Counted from the first letter of the stretch, positions 11,993-26,046 are shown. The stretch is DNA of 41,925 nt from Tubiluchus corallicola (GCA_030141605.1 JAQGDQ010001419.1:1-41925), one strand, 5' to 3'. A program made the numbers and translations. The notes: generated from the letters alone by a model not told the origin.

Positions 11993-12198
11993 CTCATAAC
12001 TTTTACCAAAGAATCAATAAAATACAAACTTTACCGCGCATGCGCATGAGATATTTAATCTAAGTTTGCGCCATTGTAACTTGATCAATTCCGATTCATT
12101 TTTGCTCAGTATTATGTAATGTATCATATATATATATGTATGTACAATGTATGCATATGGCATATTACCTGTATGTTTATGCAGGTATATAATATAAG

Positions 12199-12204
12199 TT
12201 TATT
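12199..12204 (-). terminator. Candidate polyadenylation signal of gene 2
   Basis: AATAAA on the minus strand about 390 nt after the stop codon. Confidence 0.35.
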
Positions 12205-12589
12205 GCATACTGTAAATGTTGTAAATAACCAAAAAAAAATAAAAACATACTGGTAAATTTGAAATAAGTCTATCATATTACATTTTGTTTCCTAAAAACA
12301 TACATGGCTTTCTATCTAAGATTAATTATTTTAATGACCAGAAGTTGATAAGTTGGCAGAAAAATCTTTCTATATCTAAAAATCACCTGTATCTGTCACC
12401 AAACTTTCGTTATAAAGATTAACGTTTAAGTAAAAATCAAAGTTAATGAATCTATATCAAATTATGACGTCATTAAAAGTACAATCACAGATTGAAAACA
12501 TAAAACTGAAGTAAATAAGAAACGCATTGTTAAGTGATATGACTGATAAATTTGCTCTTGCTATGTGTTAATCACCACTGTTTAATTAA

Positions 12590-12647
12590 CTAGTAATCAC
12601 GAGGTCTGTAGCGCCTGTAGTGATCGTAGCCGTGATGTCCATATATT
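12590..12647 (-). CDS. Gene 2 coding exon 6 (last): (R)IYGHHGYDHYRRYRPRDY*
   Basis: Acceptor ctttttctttcag; phase 2 matches the previous donor; TAG at 12592-12590; same Y/R/H composition as the end of exon 5. Confidence 0.85.
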
Positions 12648-12731
12648 CTGAAAGAAAAAGCATGGAGGCAGTGTTAATATTCGACACACAGTACTTCAAC
12701 AGGCGCGCCATCTACATAAATAAATAAATAA

Positions 12732-12744
<13 letters not shown>

Positions 12745-12825
<81 letters not shown>
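12745..12825. repeat. (TG)n microsatellite
   Basis: Directly visible. Confidence 0.95.
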
Positions 12826-12827
<2 letters not shown>

Positions 12828-13010
12828 TTAATCTTGTAATATTTATTTCATTGTATTTTATATGGTCTTTGTTACCGAAATAAAAATTTGAATTGAATTG
12901 AATTCTTGGTTTATGATGATAGACAAGATGGCGTAAAAGCTAAATGTCAAATCAAGACTCTGCCTGCAGAAATTTCATTGGGTAAAAATCAATAATTATC
13001 AGATGTTTAC

Positions 13011-13398
13011 CTAGAGTAAGGTGGTGATCGCTTTGGCTCTGCATAAACTGACCGAGACGTGTAGGGGTATCTATGTCCTCCATGATGAGGTTTGGCCCTG
13101 TAAGGTACAGGACTCCTCGAATCGTAATAGGCGTGTGTGGGACGATAAACACGGTAGCGTGGGCGTGCCACTGCTTCTCCTTCCTCCTTTCCCTCGTCAT
13201 CATCATCGTCATCATCATCATCGTCATCATAATCGTCATCATCATCACCATCTTCTTCTTCATCATCCTCTTCTTCTAACTTTTCCTCGACATGGCGGAA
13301 TTGATCCTCGCTTGGTTTTACTCTGGCAAATGTTGAAAGTAACACATCAGCAGTTGGATCCTCTTGTGTTCTGTCAGCATCTGCTGGGTCAAAGCGAC
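13011..13398 (-). CDS. Gene 2 coding exon 5: poly-Asp/Glu block followed by Arg/Tyr/His/Pro-rich region
   Basis: Acceptor ttttatttgccag, donor AG|gtaaac, 388 nt, phase 1/2. Encodes RFDPAD...EEEDDEEEDGDDDDDYDDDDDDDDDDEGKEEGEAVARPRYRVYRP... Confidence 0.9.
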
Positions 13399-13436
13399 CT
13401 GGCAAATAAAATTCAAAATTAATAAGAGTTAATCAC

Positions 13437-14097
13437 GACCCTGTGTGAACCTTGTATCAGGACCATGTATGAACCTTGCATGAACTTTGTATCAGGACCT
13501 TGTATCAGGAACCTTGTATGAACCTTGTATCAGGACCTTGTACGAACCTTGTATGAACCTATGAACCTTGTATCAGGACCTTGTATGAACTTTGTATCAG
13601 GACCTTGTATGAACCTTGTATGAACTTTGTATCAGGACCTTGTATCAGGAACCTTGTATGAACCTTGTATCAGGACCTTGTATGAACCTTGTATGAACTT
13701 TGTATCAGGACCTTGTATGAACCTTGTATCAGGACCTTGTATGAACCTTGTATCAGGACCTTGTATGAACCTTGTATCAGGACCTTGTATGAACCTTGTA
13801 TGAACTTTGTATCAGGACCTTGTATGAACCTTGTATCAGGACCTTGCATGAACCTTGAATCAGGACCATGTATGAACCTTGTATCAGCACCTTGTATGAA
13901 CCTTGTATCAGGACCTTGTATGAACTTTGTATCAGGACCTTGTATGAACCTTGTATCAGGACCTTGTATGAACCTTGTATGAACCTTGTATCAGGACCTT
14001 GTATGAACCTTGTATGAACCTTGTATTAGGACCTTGTATGAACCTTGTATCAGGACCTTGTATGAACCTTGTATCAGGACCTTGTATGAACCTTGTT
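13437..14097. repeat. Minisatellite built from GAACCTTGTAT and CAGGACCTTGTAT subunits
   Basis: 11- and 13-bp subunits forming 24- and 35-bp higher-order repeats, ending about 40 bp from the exon 5 acceptor. Confidence 0.95.
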
Positions 14098-14334
14098 GCA
14101 TGGTTACATACCTTCTATGTAACTAAGTAACAAATCTGCTGGACTAATGTACTATCAATATTTGATTTTGTTTTTTAAATGTCAACATTTAGGCCAACAC
14201 GCCCCACATAGAAGCTCTTTTAGGTGGGCGTAGTAGTTTGGCTGATGGCCTTAAACTACGCATGCGCAGTAGCAGTCCTCTTCTTTTTTGTAGAAACTAT
14301 TGCCAGCCAAGCCTTACTCAAAAAAGAATTTTAA

Positions 14335-15653
14335 AGTGTATCGCAAAAAAATCCATACCAAGTTACGTATGTTACTTTAGATAACGAAAGAAAATTCTAA
14401 ATAATTTAAAATATTGGCGCCACCTGGTAAAACGGCACTGACTAACTATCCCACTGTACACCACTGGCTCACAAACAAATACATTATTGATCTTATTGAC
14501 TATATAAAGTAATTTATGCTTTTGCCTAGTTAGTGAAAAGTACACCACGAAAGCTGTGATAATTTCTTTAAATTTTACGCAAACGTTACTGAAACTTGTT
14601 TCAAAAGAAATGCAGTTATAATTGCTGCACCTAATTTAAACTCCCGCGATGACCGTTAAACGCAGCCAGTTTAACTGCAACTCATTTGAGACAAGTTTAG
14701 ATAACATTGTGTAAAATTTGAAAAATAATCAAAGCATTTGTAGCACATTCTTCGCTAACTAAGCAAAAATATAAATTACTTTATATTGTCAAAAAGATCA
14801 ATAATGTATTTTTAGTTTAGTTTAAACATAATTTATTATAGGATTGGATCAGACAGTTTGAACAACATGATTTAGGATCCTCACCACAACAGACTTTACA
14901 CACTAGTTACACGAGCATTTACAGTAAGAATAGACTACAACTACACAAGCTGACAAGTTTTACTACAAGAATACATTAGACATTAGTAACATTTACAGTA
15001 AGAATTGACTATAACTACACAAGCTGACAAGTTTTACTACAAGATTACATTAGACATTAGTAACATTTACAGCAAGAATTGACTATAACTACATAAGCTG
15101 ACAAGTTTTACAACAAGATTACATTAGACATTAGTAGAAAATGACGGTTAGTAAATATTAATGTACGAATATTTAAGACTGACGCATTTCATATCAGATA
15201 GAAACTACTGGAAGCGTTTAGTACGTAACATAAAGTCATGTATACATTGGAATATTTTACAGTTAGCAACATAGTTAAATTCATCTTTTCCGAATAATAA
15301 CAACTTCATCAGATCGTTAGTTCCTAAAACAGTTATATTAAGGTTTTCAGGCAGAAGTATTTCATTTAATTTATCAAACATAGCAACCCTAGTTTGTTGA
15401 TACAATGGTCAGTGCAACAAAAAGTGTTCAACAGACTCAAATCGAAATCCACAGTTACAATTCGGCACTTGTATTCGGCATAATGTGTTTTGGTGAATCA
15501 GTGGTGCACACTGGGATAGTGATGCAGTGACGTTTTACCAGGTGGCGTGAATATTTTATTATTATTACTAAAAATGCTTTACATGAGACTTTCAAGCAGG
15601 CAAGCGCAGTGGTAAGTAATATAACTTTGCACGGAAGTCTTTTGGGCTATACA
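14335..15653. mobile_element. Palindromic TTAA-flanked MITE interrupted by a LINE
   Basis: TTAA at 14331 and 15654. Bases 14410-14610 are the reverse complement of 14690-14810 plus 15480-15560. Partial relatives at about 15835-16125 and 30753-31185. Confidence 0.7.
14813..15479 (-). mobile_element. 5'-truncated LINE (ORF2 C-terminal CCHC region plus 3' UTR) with TSD
   Basis: Translates to PNCNCGFRFESVEHFLLH*PLYQQTR...LLLFG...FMLRTKRFQ* with a (CTAAA)n tail. TSD ATAATGTATTTT (14801-14812) and ATAATGTGTTTT (15480-15491). A 74-bp x3 repeat lies at 14916-15137. Confidence 0.8.
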
Positions 15654-16739
15654 TTAAAATTGCCTTTTCTTCAACACAAATAAACGTGAATTTATTCCAC
15701 TGTTAGCTTTCTGTGCAACAAAAACCATTTCACGGCAAGGAAACAAACATTTCGAAATAAAATTAACCATTGTTCTTAATAAGTCTTTGTAAAGGTCAAG
15801 TCTTCTAGGAAGTTAGGCTTAGGACGATAGGTCGATTGAAACATGTTTAGATAACACTGAGTAAAGTTAAAAAAATAATCAGAGCATTCGTAGCATACAT
15901 GTTGCTAACTAAGTAAAATTCTAAATTACTGTATCTTGTCAATAAGACTAAAAATAACGTTTTTAGTTAGCGAGTGGCGCGCCCTAGAGGGTGAGTCAGC
16001 GACATTTTACCAAGTGGCACGAACATTTCAAATTATTATTTCTAGTCACATAAGTGTTTCAAGCACGTAAGCGAAATGCTAAGTAAAATAGATTGGCATG
16101 GAAAGTTTTTTGGGACATAATTTAACTTTTCCTTTTCTTCTCCTGATTTACGTTGTGCGTACGTGACGTCATGTAATGGCGCCGTCGGAACACTGTCGCG
16201 GGAGATTTAAAATAAAAATTGCTTTCAACGCGAGTACGATATGTGCATAAAATTGCCGTGAAGTACATAGGTACATAGTTTTTAGAGCGATTTGTCTGAA
16301 AGCTACTTCAGGTGCCCTTTTCCGTGTCATTTAAACATGATTCTCCATCACATACCACAATCCTGGTACAGATTATGCAACACAAGGCATCATTGATAAA
16401 TCTTTAGAGCTGATGTCAACATAGCGCAATCTATTATCTTTCTTCCTACCATTTCCACTAACTCATCCTTCTACCCTTCCTGTGTGATCTAACCTTTCTC
16501 CCAGTTCTTTTTTTTGTTCCCTCATCCATTCTTTTTTTTTATCTGGTTCACGTGACAGTGGGCTTATACAAGCCTTTGCTTCTCTAGCCCACTGCAGTAC
16601 AATTATTCCTTTATGATAACGATAGTGTATGAAACACAACAATTTAATATAGTAGATGTAATAATTTTGATGTCACTGTGTGCTTTATATATTGTACTGA
16701 ATGGGATAATAATAATAAATAATAATAATAATAAAATAC

Positions 16740-17025
16740 CATAATTTAAGAAGAAACTTCGACCAGGTAATCTAACCCCATCATCATTCTCATCTGCTTC
16801 TTCACCAGGGTTCTTGTAGAGGATGTCACGTTCATAATTTGCTGTATCGACACCGTCAAGGTATCCCAGACGCCTAGCGTAGGCACCAAAATTACGTCCA
16901 TCATGGTCAGTCACGTGATCACCTTGTTCACGGTCACGGTAACTGAAACCGTCGTCCTCGTCCACATAGTCAACAAGAGCATCTAGTCGACGAATTCCAC
17001 GCCCATTGTACTCATCTAGACGAGA
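16740..17025 (-). CDS. Gene 2 coding exon 4 (SRLDEYNGRGIRRLDALVDYVDEDDG...VRLPGRSFFLNY)
   Basis: Acceptor tttgctttattttag, donor G|gtattt, 286 nt, phase 0/1, open frame with raised GC. Confidence 0.9.
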
Positions 17026-17214
17026 CTAAAATAAAGCAAAGGTTCTCTGCAAAATCTATGGTCTTTAAAGTCAAACCCTGACTATAATACAAGCTTTTAA
17101 AACTTAAAATCCTGCTCTCATTACGAATATCCAATTAATTTTATTATAAACTTACTGTAAAATTTGTTTCTTTTGATTTTTTATCACTTAGGACAAATTA
17201 GGATAAATACCCAC

Positions 17215-17640
17215 TATGGAACTCTGTAATCAAACAAGCAATTCTACTTTGGAATTCTCTACCATTACAGGTTAAACAAATCAAGTCCCTATCAGCATTT
17301 AAAACAAAATTAAAATCACTAATATTAATCAGATATGAAATACCATCACACCAGTACGACAACATATCAGATTCATATTCAGACACTAATTCAGAATTCA
17401 TATATCCACGGCCATATTAATTAAATCATAGTTTTTTCATTTTTTGTGCATAGTTGTAAATACGTTTGATTTTATTCGTCGTTACTTTCCATTACTACAC
17501 AGTAGTTTAGATTGCAGTGACGCATTTGCCTTTAGCAGTGTAAGTTTTTATTAACTAACACTGATTGATCATCTCTGTAAAGTTTTTATCAGTGATTATC
17601 AATGTATTTTAATGGCAAATAAAGATTATTTATATATATA
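17215..17640 (+). mobile_element. CR1/L2-type LINE 3' fragment
   Basis: Plus frame reads NSVIKQAILLWNSLPLQVKQIKSLSAFKTKLK...FIYPRPY*, followed by a 3' UTR with AATAAA. Same family as 1257-1470. Confidence 0.75.
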
Positions 17641-17944
17641 TATATATACTTTGTTGTTAGCGGTATTAATAATGAAACCGCATTTTTCGTTGCGCGAGAC
17701 GCATGATGTAATGAGTGCAGTCACGAGGTCACCAAACATCGGTAACCAAAGACGCTTTCTGTACCTCGTACGTCACTCTCGCTCATTCTCGCCAAAAACG
17801 CGAAACATGGCGACCTTTGCGGCAACGCACGCGTTCGAAATTCACAAGAAAATGTAAATTATTTAATTTATAAGTCTCTTTTGCTTAATAATAACTATGA
17901 ATTCTTTGTGTAATCATATCAATGTCTGCTGGGGTCATGTCTTC

Positions 17945-18690
17945 AATAAAGCTACAATCTTTCCCACGAAATCCCTGGTTTAACAATGGTGTTCCATAAA
18001 TGCCATGATCTGCTAACAATACTATTCCATAAAAATTATTTAAACAAAGCTATTCCATAAAGACAATGTCTTTTAATAATACTACTCAGTAAAAGCCATG
18101 GCTTTGAACAGTGCTATTCCATAAGACCCATTGTCTTTAACAATGTTATTCCATAAAATTCATGATCTTTGACAATGCCATTTCACGAAATATCCAGGTA
18201 AAATATTACAGGTAAAAACACAGGAGAAATCACAGGAAAAAACACCCAGCAAAAAAAGCACAAGTAAAAAGAAATAAACCTAAACCGAACCCTAGTCCTA
18301 ACCCCAGCCAAAATTATCTGAGACTTTTTTCATGTTACTATGCTACTTTTTTCCTAGCCAAAATTACGAGTTTTTTGCGTGACTCATTCCTGAAACTTTA
18401 TTACAGATCACCTGCATGAATGGGATGCGGCATACCATAAAAGCCGTGGTTATCAACAATGTTATTCAATAAAAACAATGGTCTTTAGCACTACTATTCC
18501 ATAAAAACCATGATTTTCAACAATACTGTTAAATCCCTGGCCTGTAACAATGCTGTTTCCTAGGATCAACAGTTTTTCGCAACATTATTCCACAAAAACG
18601 CCATCTTTAACAATCCTGTTATAAAAAAACCATTTTAAAAACGTCATTTCATCAAGGCCATGGCGTTTGACATAGCTGTTCCACAAAAAG
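17945..18690. repeat. Degenerate 32-bp tandem repeat interrupted by a foldback-like element
   Basis: Consensus about AACAATGCTATTCCATAAAAGCCATGGTCTTT. The insert at about 18192-18412 has CACAGGAAAA subrepeats, CCTAA-like units and the end TTATTACAGATCACC. Confidence 0.75.
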
Positions 18691-18940
18691 CACTACTGGC
18701 GGTAATCTGATCACGAACTTGATTTGAGCTAACCTCCGTTTCTGTTTTGACACATAATAGTAACTTTACAACTCAAGGAACTAATAGTTGAGAATCTTAA
18801 TTAATATAAAACATGTCTGTCGTTCATGTTACCCACTTCTTCATCGCTTCTATTGGACCATCAGCTTCCAATACAACTCAACAAATTTATTAATCATGTT
18901 TAGTTACAGGGCCATTGAACACAAACATAAGCTATTGTGA

Positions 18941-19326
18941 ATAAGCGTTTTTACAGTTTCGTTGTGCGCACGCGCAGTTATAGGTTAAGTGTACCACAGC
19001 AGCGCGTCTTAACTACAACCGTCACGTGACACGTTTGTAAAGCAAAGCCGTCCATTGCACCAGTTCACTAACATCAGTTGTTTTACGTAGATTTCACTTA
19101 ATTATGTGCACTAGTCTGCGAGCAGAGAGATTTACTAGCAGGATTTTGCTTGGGAACAAGAAAAAATAAACTAGGTAAGGTTCTAGTTAGCTAGTTAAAA
19201 CTGTTACTATTATAACAGCATGGGCTGCTAGGCGATGTCAAGTGTACACAAATGCGTTGTTTAGTGCACTTAACCTTTGACCTTTTCACTATCATCATCA
19301 ACCGCTGAAAATGCGAAAAGGTTTAT
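18941..19326 (+). mobile_element. MITE of about 390 bp with ATAAGCCTTTTCACAG-type TIR, copy A
   Basis: Homologous to 24840-25235, 32513-32900 and, reversed, 37235-37546; superfamily not assigned. Confidence 0.8.
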
Positions 19327-19419
19327 GGTGATGAAGATGCCGCCACTATAACAAATTATAAATTCTCTATTATAATTTTGCCAAAAATCAAATTAGTAAC
19401 TCCAAATCGTAAACGTTAC

Positions 19420-19561
19420 CTGATGTAAGCTAGTGTCTAGTAACACTTTGTCGTCTATGTTTCTGTATTTCGTTGCTCTGTGATTTAAACGAAAACGTTC
19501 ATCTTCTGGTACATCGTACGCCAAACGATGATGAAATAATTTGTACAGCTCGTCTGCATCA
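19420..19561 (-). CDS. Gene 2 coding exon 3 ((S)DADELYKLFHHRLAYDVPEDERFRLNHRATKYRNIDDKVLLDTSLHQ)
   Basis: Acceptor cattttctaattgtag, donor CAG|gtaacg, 142 nt, phase 2/0. Confidence 0.85.
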
Positions 19562-19792
19562 CTACAATTAGAAAATGAGTGTGGACGAAGCTTTGTTAAA
19601 AGCAAAGAAAACTGCAGAAACTTGAAGTAACTTTATACATTTAAACGTTCATCTTCAGGTACATCGTACGCCAAACGATGATGAAATAATTTGTACAGCT
19701 CGTCTGCATCACTACAATTAGAAAATGAGTGTGGACGAAGCTTTGATATAAGCAACAAAAACTGCAGAAACTTGAAGTTACTTCATATGTTT
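19493..19792. repeat. 150-bp tandem duplication containing the exon 3 acceptor and 5' half (possible alternative exon 19711-19639)
   Basis: 19493-19642 versus 19643-19792, with 9 mismatches by manual count. Confidence 0.9.
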
Positions 19793-19901
19793 TATTAATC
19801 TAAGCTGCCATGTACAGGTTTTATTAACGGAATCTGCACAGCTACTGTACTTGCTAGCAATGACGCACGACGCATGCGCAGTTAAATTGAAATTTATTTA
19901 C

Positions 19902-20005
19902 CTGAGGCGACCTCTAATTAAATCTGAGTGAAATTTTGCATCATCTCTTTCAAAAACTTTTCTAGGTAGCAATTCCACTTCTTTGCGTTCTTGTGCACAA
20001 ACAAT
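19902..20005 (-). CDS. Gene 2 coding exon 2 (IVCAQERKEVELLPRKVFERDDAKFHSDLIRGRL)
   Basis: Acceptor ttttttatttag, donor AG|gtaaat, 104 nt, phase 0/2; completes the signal peptide (IVCA|Q). Confidence 0.85.
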
Positions 20006-20098
20006 CTAAATAAAAAATATCATATTTTAAATATTCGACATTTTTTGTACTTTGCATTATTTGACAGTATTATTTCTGTTTAGTCTTGTAAATTAAAT

Positions 20099-20607
<509 letters not shown>

Positions 20608-20636
20608 TTGATATAAGAACTTATTACCGTACTCAC

Positions 20637-20675
20637 CGTCGCCGTTAACAAGACAAGGGCCAACAGTCCACGCAT
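20637..20675 (-). CDS. Gene 2 first coding exon: signal peptide [13 protein letters not shown]
   Basis: ATG at 20675, consensus donor ACG|gtgagt in phase 0. An upstream acceptor tttgttttag at 20691 implies a 5'-UTR intron. Confidence 0.85.
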
Positions 20676-20760
20676 CTCGATTACTTAATACTAAAACAAA
20701 TAAAAAACCAAATGAGCATCAGTAATATTTTTCGCTTTGTTTGTTACGCTAGTACATGAT

Positions 20761-21387
<627 letters not shown>

Positions 21388-21522
21388 TTCTCACACTTAA
21401 AACTTGCAAATTAATACACTTCAAACTATAATAGGTGTGTTACTGTATATAACGAAGTTTCACTGCATAACTACCTAAAATCATACCTGTATTTAGAAAA
21501 GTAAATACATCATAACAAATAC

Positions 21523-21645
21523 CTTTAGCAGAGACTTTAATTAACAAACACTCACTCCTCCCTGAGCCAGACTAAAGCAGCTGCTCACACTTTTTGTATA
21601 TTTTGGTCAATCAAGCCGACTATTTTTCCTTCAGTCTATTATATA
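21523..21645 (-). promoter_or_regulatory. Candidate core promoter and non-coding first exon of gene 2
   Basis: Minus strand: TATATAA (21645-21639), TATACAAAAA (from 21600), initiator-like TTAGT (21575-21571), donors AAG|gtattt (21522) or CAG|gtatga (21486). Confidence 0.4.
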
Positions 21646-22595
21646 CCCATCTCAATATCCCACGAGTAGCTAAAGATCTTTATCAGTCTTATTATATCTC
21701 TAACAGAAGCAGTGAGGCACCTCCATGGTCACCTCTATTTTCATTTCGGATTTTCAATCAGGTAAGCTAAGGCGCACCTCTGTAGCTGACGAAGTGATCC
21801 GAAAGTTTAACAAATATTCATCCACTGGACAAGCGAAAATAATCAAACTCAAAATGCAGAGCAAACAGATAAGATTTACCAATTAAGTTCTCTTTTTCAT
21901 ATTTTTCTTGAGCTTCTTAGTAATTGCGCGCATCTTTTGACTCCCCTGCTAACTGGAAATCCCCCCCGCACAGAACGAATGGAAAGACCCGGCTATTCCA
22001 AGGGCACGAGATGGGCAATTGTCAGCAATTCCGACATTTTAGTAGGAACATCACGCTCAGTAAGAGGCTTGAGTCGTTATCGTCTCTTCCCAACACAATT
22101 TTACGTTTTTCCATGAAAAAAACATGTTGGTACTGACGATGCCCTTCATTTGAGTGTAAAATTATTATTGTAAAACGATAACACAACAAATCATGTATGC
22201 ATATGTTTAGATTATGATTACGTCACCTATAAATGAGTGATAACGTCTCTTAAACGTGCCGGTAGCCAGGTTATTTGCCTAAAACTTCATCACCAGATAA
22301 AGCATGTTACCTAACTATAGATTTTGCAAACCATGATTTCAATTATTGTAGAAAATTCCTTAATTATAATATTTATCCATGAAAAAAGTCACGCTTTCGG
22401 TTTTATATATTTTTTTTTATTTATTTTGAATCCTAAACAGAGAACCCTTGCGAAATCAAACAAACGTGTTCTAGTTTTTTTAAAATCGCATTATCAGAAC
22501 TACGAGATAGCGGAAAGTACATGTTTGCGAAGCTGGAATCAAGAGAGATGCGTATATGTTACTTCTTATTTAAATGCAATGACGTTAAATGCAAC

Positions 22596-23232
<637 letters not shown>

Positions 23233-24266
23233 ATTTTAGTATTTGTATTGCTTTTGTGTTCTCGTGTATTTCTTTCGGGAACATTTGAGTACAGAACACG
23301 GTACACTGGACCAACGTAAGTTTGGTTCTACTGACCTTGAACCTGCGAACTTGTCTGACCCGAAATACCCGAGTCCAATTACCAAAATTAGATAATTGGC
23401 AGCTAATAGCGGATTATTGATCAGCACATTAGCGATGCTATTCATGCTGTTGGCGTCTATAGAAAAGTAGGATTTATATAGGGAGAAAAAATGTCTCAAA
23501 TTTTCATCAAGGACATTTAAAGGGTGTGGCGGAAGCTGATTGGTTACCCGATTCTGCGCGGCATCAATCAAAGTCTGAGTTCACCTGATCCAGGTGCGTA
23601 TATGGAATACAAATTTTTAGAATTTTCCGCCTTTCCTGAAAATGGATACCATTTCGAGTTTGGAAAATTGGAGATCCTTTAAAGTACGACTACTAGTTTT
23701 CTCAATTAAACTTTTGTCTCTATTTGACATATGTGTAAACAGTGTATTTAATACTATACTATACTGTATACTTGCTATATCGAATAATTATAGTACTATA
23801 AAATGTTGCTATGTTATGATGTCTATGTTGTACTATTAAACTGTTACGCTATCTAAGTCGACATAATTCAATCTCAAAACAACAACATGAGTTTTTATTT
23901 CGCAGATCTTCATGTAGACAACTCTTACGTATATTAATAATTGTTATATTGCAATTAATGATAAGATGACAAGTGATATTACAATTTACATTAATTACCA
24001 AAATCATTTGGTAATGTATGTCATAACAAATGACTTCTTAAGTTTAAGTTATTCGATGTTCAAAGCTTCTTACATAGATTGTCCTAAGTCTTGGTTATAC
24101 ATAGAGAATGAAGAGTCGTGCATACAAAACAAAAATACTATGTTGCTGTCTGCTCTGGGGTCCCTCAAGTGTTAGTGTTAGGGCCCCTACTATTTGTTCT
24201 GTTTATCAATGATTTGCCTGATTGTGTCTTAGGTGAAAGTTTTTACTGTTGATGTCAAATTGTTCC

Positions 24267-24385
24267 ATCATCATCATCATCATCATCAGCGTCATAATCA
24301 TTACCATCATAAGCAGCAGCAGCAGTAGCATCATAATCATAATCATCATCATCATCATCATCGTCGTCGTCGTCGTCATTATCAC
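24267..24385. repeat. Degenerate (CAT/CAG/CGT)n microsatellite
   Basis: Directly visible. Confidence 0.9.
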
Positions 24386-24839
24386 CATTGACATAATTTT
24401 TCCTTTACATTATTTTAATTTAGCTGCTTGACAAAATGTACAATAATAAAATATAAAATAAAATATATTATATAAAATATTTATTATAAATGTAAAAGTT
24501 TTCAAGTTACCAGAGCGGTGCAGATTGTTTGGTTGAGTAAAAAGTATGAGTTTGGAAATAGTAGATATTATACATTACAGCACATAATAGTAAACCTGCT
24601 GCACCCAGCTGACGCAGGAACATGTCCTGTTGTCAAGCGGGACCCTAGAGTTGACTTAGCCCACTTCTGGGTGTGAATACGCCATCTTTTAAGATACAAC
24701 CAGAGACAGGCAGGTGAAGCTGTCCAAGAATTATCACCAAATTTGGACACAGAAGCTAAATCGCCACGTATTGGCTTTGCTTTTTCGTCTTTAACATCAG
24801 TATTGTAAGCATACAGAGAACTAAACTCAGACTGTGACA

Positions 24840-25235
24840 ATAAGCCTTTTCACAGTTTGGTTGTGCGCACGCGCAGTTGCTGCAGGTCAAAGTTTAAGTG
24901 TACCACAACAACGCGTCTTAACTACAGCCGTCAGCGTGACGTGTGTGCGTAAAGCAAAGCCGTCTGCCGCATCAGTTCAGTTACTTCACTTGTTTTACAT
25001 GGATTTTACTCAACTATGCATTAGTCTATGGGCAGAGTGATTTACTAGCAAGATCTTACTTGGGACCAAGAAAAGATGAACTAGGTAAGATTCTAGCTAG
25101 CTGTTAAAACTGTTACTATTACAATAGCACGGGCTGCGAGGCACTGTCAAGTGTACACAAATGCGTTGTTTGGTACACTTAACCTTTGACCTTTTCACGA
25201 TCATCGCCAATCGTTGGAGCTGTGAAAATGCTTAT
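24840..25235 (+). mobile_element. MITE of about 390 bp, copy B
   Basis: ATAAGCCTTTTCACAG...CTGTGAAAATGCTTAT termini. Confidence 0.85.
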
Positions 25236-25469
25236 CTGTGACATTTCTCCAATGTTGAGTGTCTGACAGAATTTAAAAGATATGTTTAAATCATTTTAAA
25301 CAAGCAGTTTAAATAATAACTCAACGTTTTTTATTTGTGAAAACTTCGAGGAATTCTGCATATATACTGTTACAATTTAATCACGTGTCAAACAAAACAA
25401 GTCGCTTTAAATGTTGCTAAATCAGCAATAGCGATGACGACATTGACAAAAACAACAATGGAGCAATAG

Positions 25470-25627
25470 CAATAATGACTTTGATGACGATGACAACAAC
25501 AACGACAACAACAACATCAATAATGACGATGATAATGATGGTGGCGATGGCAGTGATGATGGTAATAATCGTAATGATGGTAGTAACGATGAACATAGTA
25601 ATGATGATAATGATGATGATGATGATA

Positions 25628-25674
<47 letters not shown>

Positions 25675-25675
25675 A

Positions 25676-25723
<48 letters not shown>

Positions 25724-25815
25724 GTGATGGTGATGGTGATGGTGATGGTGATGGTGATGGTGATGGTGATGGTGATGGTGATGGTGGTGATGATGATGGT
25801 GGTGGTGGTGATGAA

Positions 25816-25848
<33 letters not shown>

Positions 25849-25883
25849 GGTGATGGTGATGGTGGTGATGATGATGGTGATGG

Positions 25884-25960
<77 letters not shown>

Positions 25961-26012
25961 GTGATGGTGATGGTGATGGTGGTGATGATGATGGTGGTGG
26001 TGGTGATGAAGA

Positions 26013-26046
<34 letters not shown>

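Noticed and set aside
11516-12063. Lys/Ser-rich 158-aa ORF (KKSHRKK repeats) resembling a histone H1 or protamine-like protein
   Set aside because: It is the translation of the GTGACTTTTT subterminal repeats of a transposon arm.
13007-13010. Gene 2 ending at the TAA given by the ORF track
   Set aside because: That TAA lies within the donor AG|GTAAAC, and a phase-matched exon with the same composition follows at 12647. An intron-retained short form cannot be excluded.
23270-24830. GC-richer unique patches (23270-23680, 24570-24830) with short ORFs
   Set aside because: They have stops in the plausible frames, no coherent splice pairs and no recognisable homology; they may be regulatory DNA or old TE sequence.
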